64,000 bases of DNA from positions 12,980-76,979 of the forward strand of contig JAZSRX010000013.1 in the NCBI GenBank assembly GCA_045538685.1, given 5' to 3'. A program made the position numbers and the translations under genes. A model generated the notes under the pieces. That model was not told where the DNA came from, ran no database searches, and saw nothing but the letters and a program-made list of their open reading frames with translations. The number at the start of each line of letters is the position of its first letter. Positions within the stretch are counted from its first letter, which is position 1. Below, piece by piece: positions 16,665 to 26,103 of this stretch. The DNA is from Eubacteriales bacterium. Its GTDB lineage: Bacteria; Bacillota; Clostridia; Oscillospirales; CAG-272.

Positions 16665-18695
16665 TTATCTCTTAACTCCAACAAGGTTGCCTGCGTAATT
16701 TGGTGCGGAGCCGTAGTCCTCGTCCGCCTCTATGTCGCTGCCGATGACCTTTCCTTCGTTGGAGCATCCCGTCATTTGCGCGGAGGGGAATATCTCACCG
16801 CAAATACCGCCGACAGAATTGGAGGTTGCAGTTACGTCACCGTGATTCTCACAGTCAATGTAGGTTACGTTTTGCCAGGAGCCGCCTACGATGCCGCCTA
16901 CAAGCTCTCTGCCTGTGATGTTTCCATAGTTCTTGCAGTTTTTGACGGTAACGTTCGGTGCTGCGATGTAGCCGATTATGCCGCCAACCTGGTTGTTACC
17001 TGCGGTAATATTTACGTAAGAGTTTATATTCTCAATTACCGCGCCGGTGAGAGCCATGCTTGTAAGAGAACCTACACGGCCCATTTCGATAGAAATATTC
17101 CCCTTGAGGGTAAGGTCGTGAACGTAACCGCCGATACCGCTGAATAGACCCTTTGCCCAGGTGTCGCCCGTGTAATTTCCGACGAAGGTGATGGTGTGAC
17201 CGTCACCGTCAAAGTTGCCGTTAAAGCTGTTTGCTTCGGCAACCCATCCGCTTTCATTAGAGGAGCAGATGGGAATCCAGCTTTCTGCGCTTAGATCTAT
17301 ATCTGCAGTGAGCTTGAAATATGTATTCTTGTCGGTAAAGCTCTTTCCCTTGGTATAGCGGGAAAGTGCCAGCATATCGTCTGCGTTCTGAATGAGATAA
17401 GGATTCTGTGCGGTTCCTTCGCCTTCAAACATAGTGGAAAGATCCATAACAATGGGAGGATACTTCGATTTGGTTATCTCGAAGGGATTTGCAATAGCAT
17501 TCGCATAGCTTTCCTTGCAAACGAGGATTTCCTCGGCAGTCATAGGGTAATTGAAGCCCGAGGCGGTGGGCGTCCATGTTATCTGTGACATATCTCTGCC
17601 GGTAAGAGTTCCGACAAGACCCATAGCTGCGATATAACGTCCTGCGCCGTATGAAAGATGGTTATGCTCGTCGCGGCTGAAGGTATCACCGATAATAGAG
17701 CTTCTTGCGTTCTGAACAGCAGTGCCGTTAGGAATGATGGCAACAAAATCCTTGTTCACGACATAGTTTTTCATACAGGAGACAATCGCGTTGTACATGG
17801 TCATCTGGTCAAAATTGTACTTCGAGAAATGAGCCGCCGTTGTGCCCTGCTGATATGCCCAGGTCTGATGCCATACAAACTTGACGTTGGGGTTGGCGTT
17901 AGGATTGTTTTCCTCATCCGTAGCAATATCATAAACGTAATTCATTAATTTTTGTAGATTGTTGAACGAACTCGGATCTCCGCTGGCGGAGCTGCCCTGC
18001 TGGAAGGTGATAAAGTCCCAATCGGTATACTTTATGGCCTGCTCCATGGTCCAGCCGGTGTAGGAGCTTCCGTCAAACCAGCCCTCCTTTTCAAGGCCGA
18101 AGCGATATGCGGGCTCGTTGTTCAGCGCGTTTTGCCAATGAGTGTTGATAACGCATCCGCCTATGTAAATGTCCGCAATAACAATGTTTTCCTCGGGGAT
18201 GCCTGCATTCTTGGCAATTTCATAGGCATAGTTGATCGCATCGTCGGCAAAAGAGTTGCCGATCATAAGAACCTTAAGCCTGTCGGCGGGGGTGACCGTA
18301 ACCTTGTACGATCCCGTCACCTCGGTGCCGTTTACCGCAACCGACACCTCGTATTCTCCGGTCTTCATGAAATTGAACTCCTCACACGTCACGGTGTAAT
18401 CCTCACTGCTGAGATTGACATTTGTACCGTCGGACATGGCGGCGGTCACCGAAATGTTTCCGGTGGAGAAGCTCTCGCCAAAGGCGAAGCTCGTTTTCGC
18501 ACCGCTGACCGAAATGCTGTTTATCGAGGCGGGGGTTTCGGGGTCGTTATCCGGCGGAGGATTTTCGCCTCCGGGGGGATCGCCGGCCGGTGGATTTTTA
18601 TCTCCGTTGCCGGAGTCGGGTGGGGTGATCAGGTTGCAGGCGCACAGGGCAGAGAGCACCGTCAGAATAAGTAGAAATGTCAACAGTTTTTTCAT
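16665..18695 (-). CDS. lipoprotein: Ig-like domain + DUF4886 (SGNH-like esterase) + GLUG-type beta-helix repeats
   Basis: Lipobox LCAC, Pro/Gly linker, IGNSF..D, WDFITFQQ.S, WHQTWAY, RD...H, then GEGT..NPYLI and NYG...VGGI.G repeats. Confidence 0.8.
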   Translation of the reverse strand: MKKLLTFLLILTVLSALCACNLITPPDSGNGDKNPPAGDPPGGENPPPDNDPETPASINSISVSGAKTSFAFGESFSTGNISVTAAMSDGTNVNLSSEDYTVTCEEFNFMKTGEYEVSVAVNGTEVTGSYKVTVTPADRLKVLMIGNSFADDAINYAYEIAKNAGIPEENIVIADIYIGGCVINTHWQNALNNEPAYRFGLEKEGWFDGSSYTGWTMEQAIKYTDWDFITFQQGSSASGDPSSFNNLQKLMNYVYDIATDEENNPNANPNVKFVWHQTWAYQQGTTAAHFSKYNFDQMTMYNAIVSCMKNYVVNKDFVAIIPNGTAVQNARSSIIGDTFSRDEHNHLSYGAGRYIAAMGLVGTLTGRDMSQITWTPTASGFNYPMTAEEILVCKESYANAIANPFEITKSKYPPIVMDLSTMFEGEGTAQNPYLIQNADDMLALSRYTKGKSFTDKNTYFKLTADIDLSAESWIPICSSNESGWVAEANSFNGNFDGDGHTITFVGNYTGDTWAKGLFSGIGGYVHDLTLKGNISIEMGRVGSLTSMALTGAVIENINSYVNITAGNNQVGGIIGYIAAPNVTVKNCKNYGNITGRELVGGIVGGSWQNVTYIDCENHGDVTATSNSVGGICGEIFPSAQMTGCSNEGKVIGSDIEADEDYGSAPNYAGNLVGVKR

Positions 18696-18773
18696 TTTAA
18701 AATATACCTTTCCGCGAGGGCGTCCAACGCACCCGTCGCTTTTTTATTTTTATAAGAGGGGTAAAAAATGCGC

Positions 18774-19619
18774 TTACTTGTTAAGAAGCTGCAGCTTGTC
18801 TCTTCGGTACTCCATAGGAGTTTTTCCTTTTATTTTCTTGAAGATCTTGGACATATACTTAACGTCCGAGTAGCCAAACTGCTGTGCTATGTGCGATATG
18901 GAATAGTTGGTTGTGATCAGCATCGACGCCACCTGGGATATCTTCTGATTTGCACAGTATGCCAGGGGAGTCTGATTGTATTCCTCTTTAAAGGTTCGCT
19001 CGATGTGAGATTTGCTGATATAAAGGTTATTGCTGATGTCGTCGAGGGTGATCTTCTCGTTGATATGAGCATCAATGTAATTCTTGATCATCTCGGGGAT
19101 GAAGTTGGTGTTTGTCTTGCTCTGGTAGGGCGGTGGAAAGAGCTGCTGGAAAATTTCCAGCACCCACACGGATAATCTGTCGTAATTAATGGGGCCCTCC
19201 CTGCTCAAATGATTGATGATCTGGGTCATAAGCCCGTCTAAATTACACTTTTTTACGTACACGCTGTTGCTTAACCGATAGCCCGATACAAGAAAATCCA
19301 CAAAACTTCCTTTAAGCACGAGGAAAATTTTCTCATAGGGTTCGTCGGGGTCAGAGTAATAGATGTGATAGCACAGCTTGTTGAGGAAGTAAAAATCCCC
19401 CGCCTCTACGGTATATTTCTCCTCGGGAGTCTCAATATAACCCTTGCCCTTTACCACGTATTCAAAGACGTAATAATCGTAGGGAAACTGGTTAGATACG
19501 TTGTGTATAATTCTATAGGTAGGATCTGGATGAGTAACACCTGCCATAATGACTTCAAGGTAGTCGTTGCTTATGGCGTTGTGGACGACTATTTCCTCTC
19601 CCCACTTGCTGATGTACAT
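18774..19619 (-). CDS. AraC/XylS family regulator
   Basis: N-terminal cupin (FEYVVKGKG), C-terminal double HTH (SKSHIERTFKEEYNQTP ... FGYSDVKYMSKIFKKIKGKTP.EYR); GGAGG SD. Confidence 0.93.
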   Translation of the reverse strand: MYISKWGEEIVVHNAISNDYLEVIMAGVTHPDPTYRIIHNVSNQFPYDYYVFEYVVKGKGYIETPEEKYTVEAGDFYFLNKLCYHIYYSDPDEPYEKIFLVLKGSFVDFLVSGYRLSNSVYVKKCNLDGLMTQIINHLSREGPINYDRLSVWVLEIFQQLFPPPYQSKTNTNFIPEMIKNYIDAHINEKITLDDISNNLYISKSHIERTFKEEYNQTPLAYCANQKISQVASMLITTNYSISHIAQQFGYSDVKYMSKIFKKIKGKTPMEYRRDKLQLLNK

Positions 19620-19886
19620 TTTGCGGCCTCCCTTCCTCCGTTTGAATATATTTTAGCACATTTATTTCGTTTTGTAAAGACATAAAAAAAACAAAAATTG
19701 TGTAATATGCACAATATAGCAGGTGATATTTGTACAATTTCTATAAGAATAAGCCAAAAATGAGAATATTTTCCACCTAAATGTATAATCTAATCGGTTT
19801 TTTTGCGGTTTTTATTGTGTTAGAATATAAGCGTAGAAGTAAATATTTATAGCAAACATATTAAATTTAATCAAGGAGGAGAAAGT

Positions 19887-19925
19887 ATGAGGGAGGAAAG
19901 AGCCCGACCGTCACCGGACGGATAA
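19887..19925 (+). CDS. putative 12-aa leader peptide MREERARPSPDG
   Basis: Strong SD (AAGGAGGA) 6 nt upstream of an ATG that opens only a 13-codon frame in the leader of the large operon. Confidence 0.45.
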   Translation: MREERARPSPDG

Positions 19926-20051
19926 GAAGAAAAACAGACGAATATTTTACTTCAGGCAGATAGGCCGGCCCCGCTGTGCCCCGCCACAACTCAAATGAAA
20001 AATTAATAAAGGAGAAAGATCGGGCGAGGTTGCCCGATCAAAGTCAGAACC

Positions 20052-21194
20052 ATGAAAAAAATTATAGCAGCATTAACACTTGCAATTCTTGTATGCCTTA
20101 TGAGCTTTGGACTTGCATCCTGCAAGCCCTCCGAAACCCCCGACACGGGTAAGGGGCCTGGCACCACCGATCAGGGCGGTAAAGAGGAAAACAAGGATCC
20201 CGGGAGCGTAATCGCATCTCTCACCGCAACCGAAAGCTCTACCGAGATGAAGGTTGGCGACACTATCCTTCTCACCAACTTCTACAAGATCGAGGGTACC
20301 TCCTCACTCAGCAATGCTCAGAGAGCCTGCACCTACGAGTCCAGCAATCCCGAGATCGTTAAGATCAACGCAAAGAGAGCCGAGGCAGTTGCTCCCGGTA
20401 CCGCAACGATCACGATCACATCCAATGAGGACAATACCAAGAGCTGCTCCTTCGAGGTTACCGTTTCCAAGGTATTTATCGACAGAGAGCTTTCTGCGAT
20501 CCCCTCTGAGGATGACTTCACCAACGAGTGGGATTCCGAGTCCGGCACAGGCTCCTTCAGAACCAGCTCGGGTATCACAAACTTCTACTACATAGCCGAC
20601 ATCGAGTCCACACAGTGGTACGTTGAGACCGATATCACAGTTCACACTGCAAACTGGGATGACAGATGGCCCAAGATCGGTATCGTTGCATCCGGCAAGA
20701 ACTCCAGCGGTGTTGAGACCATGGTAGCCTTCTTCCTTAACGCATCTATCGGACTTAACGACTCCTGGAACGGCGCAGATCTTGTTAAGGGTCAGGATAA
20801 CCTTAACTGGAATGAGTTCGGTGTATGTGAGGTTGCACAGGGTCAGCACTGGGCATGGGAGCAGGGTATCACCAACTCTCTTGCAAGACATCACGACTAC
20901 GCTTGGAACACCGGCACAAACACTATTACCTTCGGAACCACCTTTAAGCTTGGTGTTGCACGCGATGGAATGAACTTCCACGTATACGTAAACGGCAATT
21001 ACATGGGCTCCTTCGCTCTCAGCTCCGAGCTTGACATTCTCTATGAGAATGGCCAGCCTATTGCAAGCCACGTTGGTTTCTATCAGTTCAGCAGCGACGT
21101 TACCTTTGCGAACTATTTCGCAACTCAGGATGCGGCTAAGGTTGCTGAGAAGATTCCCGAGGCACCCGTTTTCTGCGAATTTCTTGAAGACTGA
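20052..21194 (+). CDS. lipoprotein with Big_2 Ig-like domain and a ConA/LamG-like beta-sandwich
   Basis: Lipobox LASC; YESSNPEIV.I....AVAPGTATITITS (Big_2); KLGVARDG.NFHVYVNG strand pattern; Trp-rich. Confidence 0.65.
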   Translation: MKKIIAALTLAILVCLMSFGLASCKPSETPDTGKGPGTTDQGGKEENKDPGSVIASLTATESSTEMKVGDTILLTNFYKIEGTSSLSNAQRACTYESSNPEIVKINAKRAEAVAPGTATITITSNEDNTKSCSFEVTVSKVFIDRELSAIPSEDDFTNEWDSESGTGSFRTSSGITNFYYIADIESTQWYVETDITVHTANWDDRWPKIGIVASGKNSSGVETMVAFFLNASIGLNDSWNGADLVKGQDNLNWNEFGVCEVAQGQHWAWEQGITNSLARHHDYAWNTGTNTITFGTTFKLGVARDGMNFHVYVNGNYMGSFALSSELDILYENGQPIASHVGFYQFSSDVTFANYFATQDAAKVAEKIPEAPVFCEFLED

Positions 21195-21197
21195 TAA

Positions 21198-22421
21198 GTG
21201 AAGCTTTTCAAATCCCGTATTGATACTTTAAGAGAGTCCGCGCCAGCAAAAACGAGCAAACGCTTCATTGCCGGCGTGATCGATATAGTCCTGGTAGCTC
21301 TGCTCGCAGGCCTCATTTTTTCCGGTGCATTTCTCATCACCTCCCGAAGCGAGCGTTATGAGGAAGCCGAGGCGGCGGTCCGGGACGAGATCGACTATTA
21401 CGAAAGACTCACCGAGGATACTCACATCGTTGAGTACGTAAATGGCAGCAGAGCCACGTTGGACGTTGTGGTGCTGAAGAACGTATATCGGGCAATATGC
21501 CTGTCCTACGATGTCTTCGGCAACGTCCAGCAGAAGGATTTTGTAATCGATCCCTCTCATCCCGTGAGGGTTAACGGAGTTCACTCCGCAGAGAACGATA
21601 ACGTGGCTTATTTTTACACACGCTACCTCAGGGATAATCCCGATATGGGTATCGGTGCGGAGAGGGACGTTTTCGAGATATACAGAAGTGCCTTTGGCGA
21701 CGACGCCTCGTTTATGTTTTCCTTCGATCGGGAAAGATCGGAGATCCCCGTTCTGAACACCCAGGTGGCGTATTATATCTTCCACTATCTGTTCGTAGAC
21801 GAGAGTGACAGCATCGGGCAGACGGGCGCAACGTATTACAGATCCTATTACAACGCCTATTCGTATATGCTTGAGGAGGCGGAGCAGCTGATCATCGGAA
21901 GTGAGCCCTATAATTCCACTCATTACGTGAACTATAAGGCAGCCCTTACGGCACAGGCAAGATATACGAATATCGCACTGCTGATTTCGATTTTCATATC
22001 CTGCTTTGCCGTTCTTCTTGCTTCAAGATATATTTTCGGCGATGGAAGGACTCCGGGATATATGCTCCTCGGCCTCGGGGTGGTCGGAGTCGGTGGCGAG
22101 AGGATAGAGTGGTACAATCCGCTTATCAAAACTGCGGTATACGCTGTCGGTGCAATACCGATCACCTTCATTTTATATATGTTCCCCCCGTTTAACGGCA
22201 GTTACGAGTCTATGTTTATGCCCGTGACGGTTGACGGCGGGATCTCTCTGGGCCTTCTGGTCCTCATAATAACCCTGCTTTGGGGAATAGTAAACGCCTT
22301 TGGGCTCTTTACCCGAAAAAGGCAGAATTTGTTGAATCTGATCTTTAATGACCTTGTTGTGGACCCTCGCTATCCCGACGATGATGACGATGGCAGCACA
22401 AATCACGGAAGATCGTATTAA
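21198..22421 (+). CDS. RDD-family membrane protein with a large extracytoplasmic insert
   Basis: KRFIAGVID first TM, G.TPG..LLGL.V, C-terminal ..KRQ.L.NL; GTG start 3 nt after the upstream stop. Confidence 0.7.
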   Translation: MKLFKSRIDTLRESAPAKTSKRFIAGVIDIVLVALLAGLIFSGAFLITSRSERYEEAEAAVRDEIDYYERLTEDTHIVEYVNGSRATLDVVVLKNVYRAICLSYDVFGNVQQKDFVIDPSHPVRVNGVHSAENDNVAYFYTRYLRDNPDMGIGAERDVFEIYRSAFGDDASFMFSFDRERSEIPVLNTQVAYYIFHYLFVDESDSIGQTGATYYRSYYNAYSYMLEEAEQLIIGSEPYNSTHYVNYKAALTAQARYTNIALLISIFISCFAVLLASRYIFGDGRTPGYMLLGLGVVGVGGERIEWYNPLIKTAVYAVGAIPITFILYMFPPFNGSYESMFMPVTVDGGISLGLLVLIITLLWGIVNAFGLFTRKRQNLLNLIFNDLVVDPRYPDDDDDGSTNHGRSY

Positions 22422-22436
22422 GAAAGGATAATTACA

Positions 22437-24068
22437 ATGAAATTGTTTAACACAGGATTAACTAAGGCACTGAGCTTTTTGCTTATACTTTCAATGGTAA
22501 TCGGACTCGTCGGATGTAAGAAGAAGAAGGATAATAAACCCGATAATACAGTCGGCGGTGCCAACATAGAGAATATCACCGATGACCTTCCCAGAGACGA
22601 GAACGGAAAGTTCGTCGTTGATTATCTCGAGAACGTTCAGATCAATATGTGGAGCGTTATCGGTCAGCCCGACCAGGAGATCCTCCTCGACCTTGTTAAG
22701 GAGTTTAACAAGCAGTACGCGGGCATTATTGAGATCAAGGTAACCTCCGTAGGTCACTACGATTACTACAACGCCCTTGACTCTACTTATGCAAACGACT
22801 ATGAGAATTTCCCCGACGTCTGCTTTATGCATAACGAGAAAAATATTGAGTACGCCCTTAAAGGATATTTCTATCCCGTTGACGAGCTTTTAACAAAGGC
22901 AGGCGTCGATATTGATTTCGCCAACGCATACGATAATATAGAAAAAACCACCGTTCACGACGGTAAGCATTACGGTATTCCGATCGACGCACACGGATAC
23001 CTTACTCAGATCAGACAGGACATCATTAAGAAGAACAATCTTGGCTTTGACGGTAACACCCGCTTCGTTCCTCAGAACTACCAGGAATACCAGACACTCA
23101 TTGAGGGCCTCAGAGAGCTTGCCGATTCGGGTGAGCTTTGGATAAGAAACATCAACCTCGATCAGGATCACTCCTGGTATCAGCTTAAAACAGGCAATTC
23201 CAAGCTGTCGGAAAAGATCACCAAGGATAACTTCTATCCCGTATTCTTCCATTCTCAGGAGAGTGATAACCTCACAGCACTCTACGTAAACGGCGGAACT
23301 CTCGTTGATGAAAACGGTGACGTTTCCTTCCATAAGAACACCGGTCTTACCCAGTACGCTACCGACCTTGTAGAGCGCTTCAACGACAACCTTCTCGGTG
23401 ACGCAGGCAATAAGGAGGCTGCCTTCCCCACAGGACAGATCGTAATGTTCTCCGAGGGTCCTTGGATGGTTGCCAATACCTACGACCTCTGGTGGAACAA
23501 TAAGCAGCTCTCCACGGCAGGCAAGCTTGGCGTAACCGAGGAGGATGCGGCAGATCCCATATACAGCAATCCTTACATTGCCGCACGCCCCTATTATATG
23601 GCGGCAGAGGGCGCACCTGCAGAGAGCGCGTCAAAGTGGTACGGCAACGGCCACGTTATTACACTTACCAACAAGATCACCAGCATGCAGAAGGCTGCGG
23701 CTGCGCTTATTTTTGCGGAGTGGCTTACTCAGGGTCAGAAGGATGACGGCGGCTATAACCTTACCGATTGGTGTAAGGCAGGCCACGTTCCCGCATGGAA
23801 GAACGTATACAGCTCCGACGACTATAAGGCTGCGGAGGCCAAGAGCATAACCCTTTCCGCTATGGGTGATCCCTCAGACATCATCGCCCTTGAGAGTACA
23901 CAGTATGCCACAACTCTTATCGCAGGCCTTACCACCGCTATCGGTGACATAAGCGCACAGCTTCTCTCGGTAGATGGCTGTACCATTGATAAAGCAAAGA
24001 AAACGCTTGAGGATACCGCTGCGTCCACACAGGAGGCACTTAACCTTCTCAAGCTCGGAACTAAGTGA
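22437..24068 (+). CDS. carbohydrate ABC transporter solute-binding lipoprotein
   Basis: Lipobox LVGC; LV.EFN.Q, PDV, DGKHYGIP, F..G...M...GPW (CUT1 SBP pattern). Confidence 0.9.
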   Translation: MKLFNTGLTKALSFLLILSMVIGLVGCKKKKDNKPDNTVGGANIENITDDLPRDENGKFVVDYLENVQINMWSVIGQPDQEILLDLVKEFNKQYAGIIEIKVTSVGHYDYYNALDSTYANDYENFPDVCFMHNEKNIEYALKGYFYPVDELLTKAGVDIDFANAYDNIEKTTVHDGKHYGIPIDAHGYLTQIRQDIIKKNNLGFDGNTRFVPQNYQEYQTLIEGLRELADSGELWIRNINLDQDHSWYQLKTGNSKLSEKITKDNFYPVFFHSQESDNLTALYVNGGTLVDENGDVSFHKNTGLTQYATDLVERFNDNLLGDAGNKEAAFPTGQIVMFSEGPWMVANTYDLWWNNKQLSTAGKLGVTEEDAADPIYSNPYIAARPYYMAAEGAPAESASKWYGNGHVITLTNKITSMQKAAAALIFAEWLTQGQKDDGGYNLTDWCKAGHVPAWKNVYSSDDYKAAEAKSITLSAMGDPSDIIALESTQYATTLIAGLTTAIGDISAQLLSVDGCTIDKAKKTLEDTAASTQEALNLLKLGTK

Positions 24069-24090
24069 AATTAACAGATAGGAAAATAGT

Positions 24091-25158
24091 ATGGAAAAGA
24101 CAGTTGTTTTAGAAGAATACGCTAAACAAAGGTCTCGACGGATAGGTGCTTTTAAAAAATACGGAGTCACGGGCATATTCTTGCTGCCGTATCTTGCGGC
24201 GTTTATAGTGTTCTTCGTTTTACCGCTGTTTTACGGAATTTATATTTCACTGACGAACTTCCAGTATGGAAAGCCGGGCGTTGAGCATTTCAATGACTTC
24301 GAATGGTTCAGAATGCTTTTTGATTCGACCTTCATGCCCGGCATATACAAGAGCTTCTGGCTTGCGTTTGTCCACACCATCATGTTCTCGGTCATTATGG
24401 TTCCCATTGCAATAATCCTGCCCCTGTTCCTGGCAATTCTGATCAATCAGAAGCCTGCGGGCTATAAGCTTTTCAGAGCCCTCATCTATATGCCCTCTAT
24501 CGTTCCCCTCACCGCCGCAGGTACTATCTTCACCCTGCTGTTCATGTCAAAATCTCAGCACGGTGTTCTGGCGGAGTTTTTCGGAATAGATATTATGTGG
24601 TTTATCGATAATTGGTTCAGCTTCTCGCTCTTTGGACAGCAGATCGATATCGTTTATGCCTGGATCCCCATCTTCTTTATGTGCTTATGGGGCGGCTGGG
24701 GAGGTAACTTCATAATTTTGAGTGCGGGACTTCAGAACGTGCCTAAGCATCTTTACGAGGCGGCTGACATTGACGGCTGCTCGTCATTCAGAAAGATCTT
24801 GAACGTGACCATTCCCGGAATCAAGCCTCAGCTTGTTCTTTGTCTGTTCACCACGATTCTCGGTTATCTCGGTCTTTACGGTCAGAACTACGTGCTGTCA
24901 AGCGGCGGACCTTCAATTGCCGCCATAGCCAGCATGCCCGCAGGCGGTAAGACCTCAACGCTTATGTACTTTATTCAGGATATAGTAGCTAACAATCTGC
25001 AGTTCAAGTCCAGCCTTTACGGTCTCGGTGCTGCGGCGAGCTTAGTATTCGCCCTGTTTGCGGGTATTATCTCGGGTATCCAGATGTACATCACCCGTGA
25101 AAAGAAGACGGGTACAAAAATTTCGGAGGCGTATAACAAATGGCACGCAATCAAATAA
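24091..25158 (+). CDS. carbohydrate ABC permease (MalF/UgpA type)
   Basis: FLLPY, FRALIYMPS, EAA loop LYEAADIDG, multiple TMs. Confidence 0.93.
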   Translation: MEKTVVLEEYAKQRSRRIGAFKKYGVTGIFLLPYLAAFIVFFVLPLFYGIYISLTNFQYGKPGVEHFNDFEWFRMLFDSTFMPGIYKSFWLAFVHTIMFSVIMVPIAIILPLFLAILINQKPAGYKLFRALIYMPSIVPLTAAGTIFTLLFMSKSQHGVLAEFFGIDIMWFIDNWFSFSLFGQQIDIVYAWIPIFFMCLWGGWGGNFIILSAGLQNVPKHLYEAADIDGCSSFRKILNVTIPGIKPQLVLCLFTTILGYLGLYGQNYVLSSGGPSIAAIASMPAGGKTSTLMYFIQDIVANNLQFKSSLYGLGAAASLVFALFAGIISGIQMYITREKKTGTKISEAYNKWHAIK

Positions 25159-26090
25159 CACTGGAACAGTATATAGGCTTCCGTAAAAAGAGAAGCTTTG
25201 GAGAAAAGAAAAAGCCCAACGTGGGCAAGATCATCTCCTTCGCATTTTTGCTTCTGTTTTGTATAGTTTGGCTCTCTCCGTTCGTCATTATGTTCTTCGG
25301 CTCACTAAGAGGCTATTCGGACACTATGCTCTATCCCAAGGAGCTGTTCTATCCCCACTCGGGCTATACGCTTGAGAACTACGAGATGCTTCTTTTAGGT
25401 AAGCTTCCCGAGGGTATCGGTCAGGTAAACAGCGTACAGGATTACAAGATAGGCACGTGGTTTATGAACAGCTGCTTCAGCGCTATTGGCGGCACGCTGC
25501 TGTATCTGCTCGTCGCCTCGCTTGCGGCATATGCCTTTACCTTCATTGACTTTAAATACAGAAACCTTCTCTTCGGAGCTATCGTTGCATCAATGATCAT
25601 TCCCGGCGCGGCGACCGCGGTAGGTAACCAATCTATGGTTTACTCCATGGGCTTAAACAGATCGCTCCTTGCTCTGATCATCCCGGGACTTGGCGGAGTG
25701 TACGGAATGTACCTTATAAAAACCTTCTTTGAGTCTATACCGAAGGATCTTATCGAGTCGGCGAAGATGGACGGCTACAGCAATTTCAAGATCTTCTATA
25801 AGATCGTTCTTCCTCTTGGAAAGACCGTTCTCTTCGTACAGGGACTCTTCGGATTTATGGGAGGCTGGAACGACCTTATCTGGCCTCAGATGCTCTACGG
25901 AGCGAAGGATAACGATCTGTGGACTCTTCAGGTCGGTATGGCTTATATCATCAATAATTCCAAGACCAGCAATCTGATAGGCTCGGCTCTGGCGGGCGGT
26001 GTGATATGCCTTCTTCCCGTGCTGGTAATGTATATCATTGCCCAGGATAAGATTATAGAGGGTATGTCCAGCAGCGGAATTAAAGGATAA
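25140..26090 (+). CDS. carbohydrate ABC permease (MalG/UgpE type)
   Basis: NS...A, AAYAF, IPKDLIESAKMDG, WNDLIWP, TLQVG, GIKG end. Confidence 0.93.
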   Translation: MARNQITLEQYIGFRKKRSFGEKKKPNVGKIISFAFLLLFCIVWLSPFVIMFFGSLRGYSDTMLYPKELFYPHSGYTLENYEMLLLGKLPEGIGQVNSVQDYKIGTWFMNSCFSAIGGTLLYLLVASLAAYAFTFIDFKYRNLLFGAIVASMIIPGAATAVGNQSMVYSMGLNRSLLALIIPGLGGVYGMYLIKTFFESIPKDLIESAKMDGYSNFKIFYKIVLPLGKTVLFVQGLFGFMGGWNDLIWPQMLYGAKDNDLWTLQVGMAYIINNSKTSNLIGSALAGGVICLLPVLVMYIIAQDKIIEGMSSSGIKG

Positions 26091-26103
26091 ATGGGAGAAA
26101 AAA

